Below are positions 1 through 9,620 of a stretch of 64,000 nucleotides of DNA, one piece after another. Below the pieces are notes generated by a model. The model searched no databases, had not been told where the DNA came from, and saw only the letters and a program-made list of their open reading frames with translations. Made by a program: the position numbers and the translations under genes. Numbering within the stretch: the stretch's first letter is position 1; each line of letters starts with the position of its first letter. Source of the DNA: Candidatus Woesebacteria bacterium GW2011_GWB1_39_10 (GTDB lineage Bacteria; Patescibacteriota; Microgenomatia; UBA8517); the NCBI GenBank assembly GCA_000993205.1, contig LBVU01000004.1, positions 124,113 through 188,112 of the forward strand, given 5' to 3'.

Positions 1-579
1 ATAAATAAAGTACGGGCTGTTAACCTTTGTTTCACCCTGAACTATCCTTTTATCAAACCCTTCATATATTATCTCTATTTTTGAATCTGGGATATTATAA
101 TATTTCTTCAAACCTTCCTTAACTGCATATGACGGTACTATTATTCGGAAAGAAGCAAATACAGCTCTTCTGAAAACAAATTTGTATACGGCCTGTTTAA
201 AAAGATAAAGCGGTCCGGGTAATGTTGAGGCGGAAAGACCGGCAAAATCGTGCATCAACATATCGTGAATAGTAACAATAAATTTCCCCCGATAAAAAAT
301 TGGAACATTAAAGTGGGGGAAATGCACAAGATCAGGATTTTCTTTATTAATTAAACCCGGAAGTTTTACTTGTTCGTACAAACTATAATGACGAAAGTCA
401 GCCAAAACTTTTTTCCAATTTTTCGGAAGTTTCAGAGTATCAAAATATTTTTTCCGGAGAAGCAAAATGTAATCATTTTTGACATCAATTTTGGCCAGTT
501 CCGCGATAAGATTGATTTGGTATCTACCCAACCCTGCATTTTCCAAACCGTAAAGCCGGCCGTCAATCAATATTTTCAT
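1..579 (-). CDS. Glycosyltransferase family 4 (GT-B fold), N-terminal part; gene continues beyond the window start
   Basis: Not in the ORF track because it runs off the edge. The reverse complement from the ATG at 579..577 reads MKILIDGRLYGLENAGLGRYQINLIAELAKIDV..., a typical Glyco_transf_4 N-terminal domain. It shares a TAATG stop/start overlap with the upstream gene. The reading frame stays open to position 1. Confidence 0.7.
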   Translation of the reverse strand, partial: MKILIDGRLYGLENAGLGRYQINLIAELAKIDVKNDYILLLRKKYFDTLKLPKNWKKVLADFRHYSLYEQVKLPGLINKENPDLVHFPHFNVPIFYRGKFIVTIHDMLMHDFAGLSASTLPGPLYLFKQAVYKFVFRRAVFASFRIIVPSYAVKEGLKKYYNIPDSKIEIIYEGFDKRIVQGETKVNSPYFIY

Positions 580-1460
580 TAATACGAAGAAAGGAGAACC
601 ACACGAACATAACGGATAATTTTAAAAATGTTAATTCCAAAGAGCACAAAATAATCAAACCAAACCGGATATTTTCCCCACAAATTTTTTTTGAAAAATC
701 TTTCCATCGAGGCAACTCCTGCAAGTCTGATTTTTTTCCTTTGTATGGGAGTAACTTTGAATTTCCATTTCGCAACCTTTCCTTTTGTAACCCCTTTGAG
801 GTGAGTAATATATGCATCAGGATAATAGATCAACTTGTAACCCAATTTGTGGATCTGATAACAAAGATCCACATCCTCCCCATCAAAAAAATACCCTTCA
901 TCAAACCAGCCGACTTTATCCAATATTTTCTTCCAACTTAGGAAAAAGGCTCCCTGAATCGCTTCCACTTCGTGAGTAGACGTATCCGGGATATCTTCGT
1001 AATAATATTCGCGGGTTTTACCTAAAATTAATCTATTAAAAGAAATCCTGGGGACCGGAAATCTACGCCTTACATCTTTATCCATTGAGCCGTCCGGTAG
1101 AACCAATTTACATGTAACAGCACCAACTTTGGGATGCTCTTTTAGATAGCGCACGGTGAGTGCAAAAACATTCTCATGTACCAAAGTGTCGGGATTTAGA
1201 AAAAGTATCATCTCACCCTTAACAAGCGGTCTCGCACGATTGTTGCCTTTCGAAAATCCTTCATTCGGCCCCTCTATTAATTTTACCCAAGGGAACTTTT
1301 TTTTAATCATATCCGGACTTCCGTCGGTTGAAGCATTATCCGAAACAATAACTTCCATGGGAACTTCTTTTGAATGTAATTCAACCGAATTCAAACAATC
1401 CTCAAGAAGTTCTTTTGTATTGTAATTCAAAATTATTACAGAAAGTAACGGTTTGATCAT
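579..1460 (-). CDS. Glycosyltransferase family 2
   Basis: N-terminal LSVIILNYNTKELLEDCLNSV...VIVSDNASTDGS and a DxD-type region (LFLNPDTLV), which is the canonical GT2 signature. Confidence 0.85.
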   Translation of the reverse strand: MIKPLLSVIILNYNTKELLEDCLNSVELHSKEVPMEVIVSDNASTDGSPDMIKKKFPWVKLIEGPNEGFSKGNNRARPLVKGEMILFLNPDTLVHENVFALTVRYLKEHPKVGAVTCKLVLPDGSMDKDVRRRFPVPRISFNRLILGKTREYYYEDIPDTSTHEVEAIQGAFFLSWKKILDKVGWFDEGYFFDGEDVDLCYQIHKLGYKLIYYPDAYITHLKGVTKGKVAKWKFKVTPIQRKKIRLAGVASMERFFKKNLWGKYPVWFDYFVLFGINIFKIIRYVRVVLLSSY

Positions 1461-1463
1461 GGT

Positions 1464-2654
1464 TTATTCTAACAACTCGGAATAGGCTTTGTCGAGCCTT
1501 GAAACAATGGAATGCCAATCAAAATTGGCAGATACAAAAGATTTGCCTTCCGACGCAAGTTTTTCTGCTAATTTTTTATTACTTAAAACGTTTATTGTCA
1601 TCTCTGCCAAATCTTTTATATTTTGTGACACCAGAGCTTGTTTCCCCTGCGTTATTCCCAAACCCGCCACGCCAACTGGTGTTGAAACAACGGGGAGTCC
1701 CGAAGCCATCGCCTCTAAAACTTTAAGCCGTGTTCCACCGGGGCTCATAATCGGGGTAACAAGAACAGACGCTGCTTTATACGCATCTCTGTTATCCTTA
1801 AGTGACTCACTTATTTCTATATCATTATATTTTTTAGAAAATTCAATTATTTTCTCCGGAACATTTCTCCCTGATATCCAAAGTTTGACACCTTTAACCC
1901 TTGCTCTTACTACCGGCCATATCTCTTTAATTAATATGTTTACAGCTTCAACATTTTGCATCCATTTATAGTCACCGTGATACAAAGCCCTTGGGGGAAA
2001 CTTTCTTAAAACCTTTTTCTCCTCAAAATAATCTACGTCGACTCCGTTTGGAATAACCCCTACTTTTATTCCTGGTATTTCATCTTGCATAATTTTTTTG
2101 TCTTCTACCGACACTGCAAAAAGGCGGCTTGCTCTTTTCCAGTAAAACTTTTCCCAAAATTTCAATTTAATTACATCAAATAGATATATTGGTTTAAAGA
2201 AAAATGATACTTCGTTATCCACATAGTGTTGATAAACCGAAAACTCAATAGTGGGTTCAACCAAAACTATCGGGACAGAAGTCTTGGGAATATGTGGCAT
2301 GACATAAAATGTCTCAGCATGAATTACATCGTATTTATTGTTGGTAAGTTCTTTTTTTATTGCACTTCTCTCGTCCAACGACAGATTGCGGATAACCACC
2401 AATGGGTTAAAACTGATGGCTGTCAAAAATAAATTCCTAAAAGTCCAAGGTGACTTTGGTCTTTTAAAAACCATTACTTTTTCACAATATTTTTCTATTT
2501 CCGGCAAATATTCTTTTTCTTTGTTGTCTTTAATTAGGGACATCAAAGTTATGTTGTGTTTTTTGGAGAGGAGTTTAATCAAATGATACCAACGCGTTTG
2601 TCCTCCGGACATTTGATCGATTGGCAGAAATGGAACGAGCATCAATATCTTCAT
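1464..2654 (-). CDS. Glycosyltransferase family 4 (GT1/GT-B)
   Basis: C-terminal SPGGTRLKVLEAMASGLPVVSTPVG E-x7-E-type GT4 motif, 396 aa. Confidence 0.85.
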   Translation of the reverse strand: MKILMLVPFLPIDQMSGGQTRWYHLIKLLSKKHNITLMSLIKDNKEKEYLPEIEKYCEKVMVFKRPKSPWTFRNLFLTAISFNPLVVIRNLSLDERSAIKKELTNNKYDVIHAETFYVMPHIPKTSVPIVLVEPTIEFSVYQHYVDNEVSFFFKPIYLFDVIKLKFWEKFYWKRASRLFAVSVEDKKIMQDEIPGIKVGVIPNGVDVDYFEEKKVLRKFPPRALYHGDYKWMQNVEAVNILIKEIWPVVRARVKGVKLWISGRNVPEKIIEFSKKYNDIEISESLKDNRDAYKAASVLVTPIMSPGGTRLKVLEAMASGLPVVSTPVGVAGLGITQGKQALVSQNIKDLAEMTINVLSNKKLAEKLASEGKSFVSANFDWHSIVSRLDKAYSELLE

Positions 2655-4147
2655 TTGGTTTTTACAGTTTGATGCAAATCGATAATTATATATTTATTGG
2701 TTTTTTCTATTGTCTTAAACCTTGATACCATCATTTTTGTATCGGCGCTTTCTAAATCAACTGAAACATAATAGTCGGCCCCTTTTTCTATCACACGATC
2801 AATGGAATCGTCTATGGCAGGCCAGCCAGAACGTTTCGTTGCATATAAAAATGCTGTATCACCATTGTAAGGGGCTATAACAATCGCGTCTTTGGGAGTA
2901 ATTTTATCTACTTCAGCGCCCGCAGCAAGAATTTCGGGATGATTAATATTGTAATTTCCTGCAATCTGGTTCCATCCTGTAATGAGCATCACCCAAACAG
3001 AACTAACCAATATAATTCTTACCAACCACTTATTAAAAGTTTGTTGACGCCATAAATAGATAGATCCTGCCGCAAGGGTCAAAGCAATAACTGGAATTGA
3101 AGGAATCTGATAATAATCATGCATGACGTTAGCTGATGCCACAGCTACGACATACATAAATATTCCTGCCAAAAACCAATGAATAAATAAGTTTTTGACC
3201 TTAGTGTTAAAAACACCGAAAACAAATGGAATTAGGCCCATTGAACCAAGTATCAGGTGTCCCAGTCTTTCTCCAAAAATCCAATACCAAAAAGATGGTT
3301 TAAACCTGATTCTATCGCCGTTAAAAGCCCAAAGATAGAAAGGAATTCCTTCAGGAAATCTTGATATCCAAGCTCGCCAAAGTATGAACGGCAAAAATGC
3401 CAATACAAAAAAGGTGATTGCCTTAAAAAGAATTTTCCTGTCATTAAATATTTTCTTTAATTCATATTTTTTTAGCGCCAGGTAACATATCGGAACGATG
3501 TAAAAACCCATATAGGGTTTAATTAAAAGCATTGCTGCAAAAAATATTCCGGAAAGATACAAATAAGTATCCCCCTTATCGTCAAAGAATCTGACAAACA
3601 GCCAAAGTGAAATTATCCCAAAAGTTACACCCATAGGGTCGGGTAATATTACACGGGTAAAATAAATGTTATACGGAATGAATAAATAGAAAAATACACT
3701 CAGAATTCCTCCCCATTTACCGATAAATCTTTTACCAATTAAATATAGAAAAAAACCGGATGTAACGGCGGAAATGATCGAAACAAGTCTGGACAAAATT
3801 TCAAGAGAGATGGATTGAAAATTCACTGCAAGCACGGCCCCTATGGCATTATAAAATGGAAACTCAACCATTCTGTATCCGTTTGGATTAAATATACCGG
3901 TTTGAATGCTTGAAATATCGTGAAATTTGGGGTAAATGAGATTAATTCCATTTTCTACATATATTCGTGTAACAGACGCAGTATCCGCCTGTCTCCAGGA
4001 ATGCCAATCAGCTATAGGGCTTTGGATTTTGTAAAGCCTCACAACGAAGCCCATAATTATAATTATTGACAAAATTAAATACTCAAAATATTCTGACTTG
4101 AAAAACAGGGTACTATTCTTGCTCATATTGTTTATTTCTAACCACAT
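2651..4147 (-). CDS. Polytopic GT-C membrane glycosyltransferase, ArnT/PMT_2-like
   Basis: 498 aa, about 11 predicted TM helices. The first extracytoplasmic loop carries HSWRQADTASVTR, which is comparable to the ArnT PDETRYAEISR acidic motif. The protein has a C-terminal soluble tail. Confidence 0.6.
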   Translation of the reverse strand: MWLEINNMSKNSTLFFKSEYFEYLILSIIIIMGFVVRLYKIQSPIADWHSWRQADTASVTRIYVENGINLIYPKFHDISSIQTGIFNPNGYRMVEFPFYNAIGAVLAVNFQSISLEILSRLVSIISAVTSGFFLYLIGKRFIGKWGGILSVFFYLFIPYNIYFTRVILPDPMGVTFGIISLWLFVRFFDDKGDTYLYLSGIFFAAMLLIKPYMGFYIVPICYLALKKYELKKIFNDRKILFKAITFFVLAFLPFILWRAWISRFPEGIPFYLWAFNGDRIRFKPSFWYWIFGERLGHLILGSMGLIPFVFGVFNTKVKNLFIHWFLAGIFMYVVAVASANVMHDYYQIPSIPVIALTLAAGSIYLWRQQTFNKWLVRIILVSSVWVMLITGWNQIAGNYNINHPEILAAGAEVDKITPKDAIVIAPYNGDTAFLYATKRSGWPAIDDSIDRVIEKGADYYVSVDLESADTKMMVSRFKTIEKTNKYIIIDLHQTVKTK

Positions 4148-5486
4148 AAACAGCTAATCCCAACAATAACCAAAAAAGTGTAGCAAATTTTGAAGCTTCA
4201 AACAAATCTATAAAGAAAATGCTCAGGAATGTACCCAAAATTCCTCCAGAAATACCTACCACAAATCCAAGAGAGGGGGGGTCTAATTTGCGAATTGTTG
4301 GAATAGAACTGGTAAATATCTTTCCTATCCTAAGAAAGACAAGCCAAAAAGCTAAAAAGCCAAACAACCCTGTCTCACCCAAAATTCTCAAATAGTCATT
4401 GTCTGTTGCCAAATCAATCGAGGAATAGCCTGTTCCTAAAATTGGATTAATCATAAAACTCCTTATGGCTCTTGGCCATTCCACGTTTAACCGAATAGAT
4501 GTTGATCTATCTTCGATTACCGGAATTGGTAACGGTGTCTTCACTTGTAAATCAACCCTCCGGACAGGAAGGATTGCTTCGTCTGCATATACAGTAATTG
4601 ATGGACTAGCCATTCCAAAAACTTTTATTAGCTGTCTAAATCTTTGATTAACCCCAGATGACATTAGAATCAGAAATACACTGACAGCAAGAACGATTAT
4701 TAACGCTTTAAATTTTTTGACCAATATCAAAGCAAAAGTAACAGCTCCAAGATACGAAATTTGACCTGTCCTTGAAAGAGAATTGATAAGAAGCCAGAGC
4801 CCGGCTCCAGAAGCTATTATAAATAAGATTTTACTAAATTTCTCTCTCAACAAAAAAATTAGGGTAATAAAAATCGGTAAAACCAGAACAATAAATGCCG
4901 CTAAATCATAGTGTCCGGCAAAAGTTGAATTGATATGACTTCCCGGTGTCCAAAAAAGGGCAACGCCCTTGGAATACTCCATATTCTGAGTAATTATTAC
5001 AGGAAAACGAAAATACATTTCCCCAACCCCGTATATAAATACTGCAACAATCACCACAAACAATACTTTTATGTAATAATCCAGATTTTCGGACACCTTT
5101 TCCTTAGACAAAAGTGTTAGTACCGCAAAAAAAGGAACTGCGTATTCAATTCTTCTGGCCCAGTGAAGAAGACCAAGAGTCAATCCCGCTGTCCGTGTAA
5201 GATACACTCCTGCAAAAACAGACAAAAGTCCCACACCGAAAAATATTAAAAAGGCCTGTACAATTTCGTCTTTAAAAAAAGATTTAAAATTGGGTAGAAT
5301 CTTAATAAAGGTAAAGGCAGCCAAAATTAAAAGAAGCAGATCTTCAAAACGTACCGCGACATAAGTTCCGGGAACATTAATAAGCGGAAATTTGGGAAAT
5401 AGCGGAACTATTATTAAAACAGCTGCAATTAAATATTTTGAAACTGTGTTAAATTGAGACAAAAGCTTTGACATAAATTTTGGCAA
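4113..5486 (-). CDS. O-antigen ligase / polymerase family membrane protein (Wzy_C domain)
   Basis: 457 aa multi-TM protein. A large loop carries RLNVEWPRAIRSFMINPILGTGYSS...ATDNDYLRILGETGLFGFLAF, which matches the Wzy_C/WaaL consensus (R..W..A...F..NP..G.G......NxYL..L.E.G..G). Confidence 0.65.
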   Translation of the reverse strand: MPKFMSKLLSQFNTVSKYLIAAVLIIVPLFPKFPLINVPGTYVAVRFEDLLLLILAAFTFIKILPNFKSFFKDEIVQAFLIFFGVGLLSVFAGVYLTRTAGLTLGLLHWARRIEYAVPFFAVLTLLSKEKVSENLDYYIKVLFVVIVAVFIYGVGEMYFRFPVIITQNMEYSKGVALFWTPGSHINSTFAGHYDLAAFIVLVLPIFITLIFLLREKFSKILFIIASGAGLWLLINSLSRTGQISYLGAVTFALILVKKFKALIIVLAVSVFLILMSSGVNQRFRQLIKVFGMASPSITVYADEAILPVRRVDLQVKTPLPIPVIEDRSTSIRLNVEWPRAIRSFMINPILGTGYSSIDLATDNDYLRILGETGLFGFLAFWLVFLRIGKIFTSSIPTIRKLDPPSLGFVVGISGGILGTFLSIFFIDLFEASKFATLFWLLLGLAVYVVRNKQYEQE

Positions 5487-6378
5487 TTTTAGAATCGACT
5501 AAACCATAAAATAAGATCCTAAGAAAGGCCCCAAGTTTAAGAGTAGACGTTAGTACAGGAAGTTGCCAGCGAGAATAATGCTTTTTATAAAAAAGTTTTA
5601 GGTTCTGCATTTCAAAAATTGTAGCCTTTTCGCTTCCGTTAGTCATTTGTCCATAGTGAACTATTCTCCATTCAGGTAAATACCAGGATTCCCAACCGGT
5701 TTTATAAAATCTATATGCCAATTCAACCTCCTCCACATATAAAAAGAAGTCTTCATCAAAAAGCCCTGCGGAATCCATGGCGTTTTTACGCATTAAAAAA
5801 AATGCTCCTGTAACCCAATCCTGCTTCTGGGTTTTTTTGAAATACGCCTCATTTTTATGAAAAGGAGAACCGGGGTGAAGCGGATGGTAAGGCTTCATCA
5901 ACTTATCAACCCCGGGAATGTCATCAATAAAAGTCATCCAGGCAAAAACTCTTGGAAGTGTGGGGAAATATCCGCCGGAGCCCTGAAAGGTTTTTCTATC
6001 GGAATTAAGAAGGGCACAAGAGGAAAGGCCTACTTTGGGATGCGCATCCATCCAGGCAATCATTTCTTTAAATATTTTTCTATCGATTATCAGAGTATCG
6101 GAATTTAAAAGCAAAACATACCGCCCCCGTGCAATCTTCATTCCATAATTGTTGTTTTCTCCAAATCCGTGATTTTCATATTTTTTTATTAAAGTTACTT
6201 GAGGAAACTCTCTTGCAACCATATTGGGAGTGTTGTCGGTAGAGGCGTTATCTACAACAATGACTTCACCGAATATTCCATCGAGTGCCCTGTAAACGGA
6301 TTCAAGACAATCCCTAAGCATGTCCTCAATATTTGTAGATACTATTACGATTGAAATGTCTATATTTTTTCCTGACAT
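5449..6378 (-). CDS. Glycosyltransferase family 2
   Basis: ISIVIVSTNIEDMLRDCLESV...VIVVDNASTDNT, followed by LLLNSDTLI. Confidence 0.85.
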   Translation of the reverse strand: MSGKNIDISIVIVSTNIEDMLRDCLESVYRALDGIFGEVIVVDNASTDNTPNMVAREFPQVTLIKKYENHGFGENNNYGMKIARGRYVLLLNSDTLIIDRKIFKEMIAWMDAHPKVGLSSCALLNSDRKTFQGSGGYFPTLPRVFAWMTFIDDIPGVDKLMKPYHPLHPGSPFHKNEAYFKKTQKQDWVTGAFFLMRKNAMDSAGLFDEDFFLYVEEVELAYRFYKTGWESWYLPEWRIVHYGQMTNGSEKATIFEMQNLKLFYKKHYSRWQLPVLTSTLKLGAFLRILFYGLVDSKIAKIYVKAFVSI

Positions 6379-6386
6379 ATTTGGAA

Positions 6387-6938
6387 TTATACCTTAATTT
6401 TTTTGCCCCGAATATCAGAGAGCGTCTGTTCCCAGGATACGATAAGCACCCAAGCAAAAAATATTATCCCTGCAAAAACCGCAACACGTACGGGCACTAC
6501 GCTGGGAACATACTTTATAATTATCTTTTGCCTGAATTTTCGACCGTTAATTACTGAATAATTTTCTTCGCTTGCAGGTTCGTATCCGTTAACATAAATG
6601 CTTTCTCTGAACGGATGTGTTATCTGTTCCAAAAAGGTGCTTCTTGTTTGATCACGAATAATTGTTTGGGCGTTTTCCGGAGGATAATTTAAACGATAGG
6701 TAGGAAGCTGAATGTTATAAACTACTGATCTGTCAAACTGGTTTTTGTACCACACCATTACTTGCTCCCGAGTAAAATTTGTAAAATACCCACGTCTCTG
6801 CGGAGTTTCCAGGTCAGCCGGTTCGTCCGATTGTATTGAATCCGACGGAGGAATAGGAAAATCCGGATTCGGAAGCAACAAATAGAATAAAAATACTGCC
6901 GATAATACAACGCTTATCAATATTAAAATTTTCTTCAT
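6387..6938 (-). CDS. Hypothetical protein with N-terminal and C-terminal TM helices
   Basis: 183 aa. Hydrophobic N-terminus (ILILISVVLSAVFLFYLLL) and hydrophobic segment near the C-terminus (VAVFAGIIFFAWVLIV). No recognisable catalytic motif. Tightly packed in the operon. Confidence 0.5.
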   Translation of the reverse strand: MKKILILISVVLSAVFLFYLLLPNPDFPIPPSDSIQSDEPADLETPQRRGYFTNFTREQVMVWYKNQFDRSVVYNIQLPTYRLNYPPENAQTIIRDQTRSTFLEQITHPFRESIYVNGYEPASEENYSVINGRKFRQKIIIKYVPSVVPVRVAVFAGIIFFAWVLIVSWEQTLSDIRGKKIKV

Positions 6939-6948
6939 ACCATTATCA

Positions 6949-6972
6949 CTTAATTACTATATAGTAATTAAG
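6949..6972. repeat. 24-bp perfect palindrome cttaattactat|atagtaattaag between two co-directional genes
   Basis: Read directly: positions 6949-6960 are the exact reverse complement of positions 6961-6972. It lies in the 39-bp gap between the stop of the hydrolase gene and the start of the 6387..6938 gene. Confidence 0.8.
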
Positions 6973-6977
6973 TATTT

Positions 6978-7877
6978 CTATAACCAATCTGAAACTATCT
7001 GTGCTAATTCCTTTTCTTTTCCGTTGAACCCATGGTCGGCGTCTTTGATAATTTCGTATTTGAATTGAGGCTTTAGATCTTTTAATATATTTACTAACTT
7101 AGGTATTTCACCCCAGGCATATTCGTCGTCTTCTCCGTAAACAACGAGTGAGGATTTATTTATCTCTTTAAAATATCTAAACAAAGGCCTTTCGGATATT
7201 TTCGCCAATCCCAACGCTTGAGAAAAAGGAAAACAATTGTAGTCACCGTCAGGATTTGCGACATCAAAAAACCCTTTATTGGAAAGGATTTCATCAAATT
7301 TAATTAATTCTTCAATAATCTGTTCACCTTCCCCTTTTCGTATTTTTTCTTTGCTTTTATTTAAAAGCTTAAAAAACATTTTATCATCTAAAAGATCGTA
7401 ATAAATACCTGTATCATCACCTCCGCAAATCAGCACATATTTTGAAAATTCGTTTTTGGGTTTGTAATGGTTATAAACGCAGATCTTATTAGCTCCCGTT
7501 GACTTTCCCATCAGATAAAACTCTTTATACCCCAAGCTTTTGACAAAATCTAAAGCTCCGTCAATATCTAATACACATTCTTTTATAATCTCGTAAGCAC
7601 ACCCGTAAGATTTTCTATCTTTTTTTATTTTTTTTAAATTAATGTTCAACTTTTTTATAATATGCGCACCTCTATTGTTAAATTTTAGAAGAGATATCCC
7701 ATTGTTTGTGAGTGCCTCGGGAAGCATTCTATGCTCACTCTCGTCGTAAAAGATTGAGGAACTTCCGTTTCCGTGAATATTAATCGCTATTTTTTCGGAA
7801 TTACTAACTTCATAAAGAAGTCCCGGGAGAACTAAATGGTCCTGAGTTTTTAATTCAATAAATTTAGGTTCATTCAT
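6978..7877 (-). CDS. Alpha/beta-hydrolase fold serine hydrolase (putative esterase)
   Basis: HG oxyanion motif (INIHGNGSS), nucleophile elbow G-K-S-T-G (LMGKSTGANK), and a C-terminal DADHGF placing Asp and His as in an S-D-H triad. 299 aa. Confidence 0.6.
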   Translation of the reverse strand: MNEPKFIELKTQDHLVLPGLLYEVSNSEKIAINIHGNGSSSIFYDESEHRMLPEALTNNGISLLKFNNRGAHIIKKLNINLKKIKKDRKSYGCAYEIIKECVLDIDGALDFVKSLGYKEFYLMGKSTGANKICVYNHYKPKNEFSKYVLICGGDDTGIYYDLLDDKMFFKLLNKSKEKIRKGEGEQIIEELIKFDEILSNKGFFDVANPDGDYNCFPFSQALGLAKISERPLFRYFKEINKSSLVVYGEDDEYAWGEIPKLVNILKDLKPQFKYEIIKDADHGFNGKEKELAQIVSDWL

Positions 7878-8474
7878 TTATTGGAAAAGTCTTGCCCTTC
7901 CTAATTTATAATTTGGATTTTTATTTTTGCGTTCTCCAATAACTTTGGCGGGGACTCCGCCAACAATTTCAAAATCCGAAACATCTTTTGTAACGACAGC
8001 TCCGGCAGCAACAACTGCGCCTTTACCGATTTTTACCCCCGGAAGAATAATCACTCTCGGCCCAATAAACACATGGTCTCCAATTGCAACTGGCTCGACT
8101 CTCGCAGAAAAATCTTCACCCTCCAAATCGTGCTCGGAGTTATAAATCATGACGCCCGATGCAATATCAACATGGCTCCCAATTGTCAAACGGTCTCTTC
8201 CGTCTAAAAACGCATGGTCACCGACAATCGTATCATCTCCAATAACAATATTATTCGGATCAAAGAAGTTTGCCCACATGTGGATAACTGAACCTTTTCC
8301 AATCTTCATACCGGACAGAATATAGAAAAGCTTCCTCAAAATATGAGATGGTATATGGCCCGCCCACCTTAATACCATTAACTCAAAATCCAAAAAATAA
8401 TTATACAAACGATTAAATATTTTTGGCAAGGCCTGACTCGGAGTCAAATTTTTTCCGGTTTTATCATTAAACAT
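7878..8474 (-). CDS. Hexapeptide-repeat (LbH) sugar O-/N-acetyltransferase, WbbJ/WcaF-like
   Basis: Repeated [LIV]-G-x-x-x-x hexapeptides (IGDDTIVGDHAFL, IGSHVDIASGVMI, IGDHVFIGPRVII, IGKGAVVAAGAVV). C-terminal GGVPAKVIGER. Confidence 0.85.
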   Translation of the reverse strand: MFNDKTGKNLTPSQALPKIFNRLYNYFLDFELMVLRWAGHIPSHILRKLFYILSGMKIGKGSVIHMWANFFDPNNIVIGDDTIVGDHAFLDGRDRLTIGSHVDIASGVMIYNSEHDLEGEDFSARVEPVAIGDHVFIGPRVIILPGVKIGKGAVVAAGAVVTKDVSDFEIVGGVPAKVIGERKNKNPNYKLGRARLFQ

Positions 8475-8492
8475 AATATTGGTAACTAAATT

Positions 8493-9620
8493 CTAACGAA
8501 CACCCTCAAGAATCCTCAAGGTTTCTCTGGCTGTCTTTTCCCAAGAAAACTTTTTCGCCTGAGCCAAACCACGGGCGATCATACTATTATACTTCGCTGT
8601 AGAAGCATTTATCACCTCTAAAATTCCGCTCGCTATGCTTTCTGCGTCTGTAGGATTAACCAATATTCCGCCATTCCCTACTACTTCCGGAAGGCTACCC
8701 ACACCAGACGCAACCACAGGCACCCCGCAAGCCATAGCGTTAACCGCGTCAAGTCCAAAACCCTCCCAGAAGGATGGCAATACAAATACTTTCGCCCCTT
8801 TTATTAAAGCCGGTTTGTCTTCATCGGAAACAAAATCTGTAAATATAATTTTGTCTTTTAATTTCAACTCGCTTACCTTCTTATATATCGAATCAAAAAG
8901 CCAACCCTTCTTTCCCGCAATAACAAGCTTGATTCCATACCTTGTGTTTCTGATTCGAGAAAAAGCATCTATCAAACCCTCTATATTCTTGCTGGGTTTG
9001 AGGGTTCCAAGATATAACACATAGTCATCAACTATGGAGTACCGATTTTTGACACGTCGCACATCTTTTTCTGAAATGTCAGGATTAAATCGTTTTGGGT
9101 CAAAACCCAAGTAAGTAACGTAAACTTTTTCTTTAGAAAACGGATAGTGTCGTACAATGTCTTTCTTTGTACTATTTGATATCGCAATGACCGACTTTGA
9201 TACTAAAATACTAATAGCACTCCACACCTTTAACTGCCAAAAGTCTTTTTTTTGAAATTGCCCCGTATATTCGAGGTATCCCAGGTCCATAATTGAACAA
9301 ACCTTGGGGATGGGAGCAAACATAGGAACATAATGACTTGGTGAGAAAAAAATGTCCGGTCTAGCCGGATCGAACAATAGATTTGGAATAAGCTTTGTCA
9401 TTACCCAAATCCCAACACTCGGAATAACTTTATATTTAAAGTTTTGCGTTTCCTTCGGCATATCAGATCTTGGGTCGTTTTTAAGATAAACTATAAGTTT
9501 ATGAGGATTTTCTTCTTTTTCCTGTAGTTTCTGCAAATTCCAAAGGATCTGAAAAGCATATTCGTTTATACCAACTCTCTTTTCTATATTAGCTTCATTT
9601 CCATCTATACCGATTATCAT
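8493..9620 (-). CDS. Glycosyltransferase family 4
   Basis: MIIGIDGNEANIEKRVGINEYAF N-terminal domain and FWEGFGLDAVNAMACGVPVVASGVGSLPEVV C-terminal motif. Confidence 0.85.
   Translation of the reverse strand: MIIGIDGNEANIEKRVGINEYAFQILWNLQKLQEKEENPHKLIVYLKNDPRSDMPKETQNFKYKVIPSVGIWVMTKLIPNLLFDPARPDIFFSPSHYVPMFAPIPKVCSIMDLGYLEYTGQFQKKDFWQLKVWSAISILVSKSVIAISNSTKKDIVRHYPFSKEKVYVTYLGFDPKRFNPDISEKDVRRVKNRYSIVDDYVLYLGTLKPSKNIEGLIDAFSRIRNTRYGIKLVIAGKKGWLFDSIYKKVSELKLKDKIIFTDFVSDEDKPALIKGAKVFVLPSFWEGFGLDAVNAMACGVPVVASGVGSLPEVVGNGGILVNPTDAESIASGILEVINASTAKYNSMIARGLAQAKKFSWEKTARETLRILEGVR

Noticed and set aside
1489-1971. Plus-strand ORFs of 60-185 aa embedded in long minus-strand genes (for example 1489..1971, 8635..9024, 14761..15060, 18856..19413, 57841..58194)
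   Set aside because: They lie antisense to well-supported glycosyltransferase or epimerase genes and show low-complexity or Ser/Pro/Leu-rich translations typical of antisense frames in AT-rich DNA. They have no motifs and break the operon logic.
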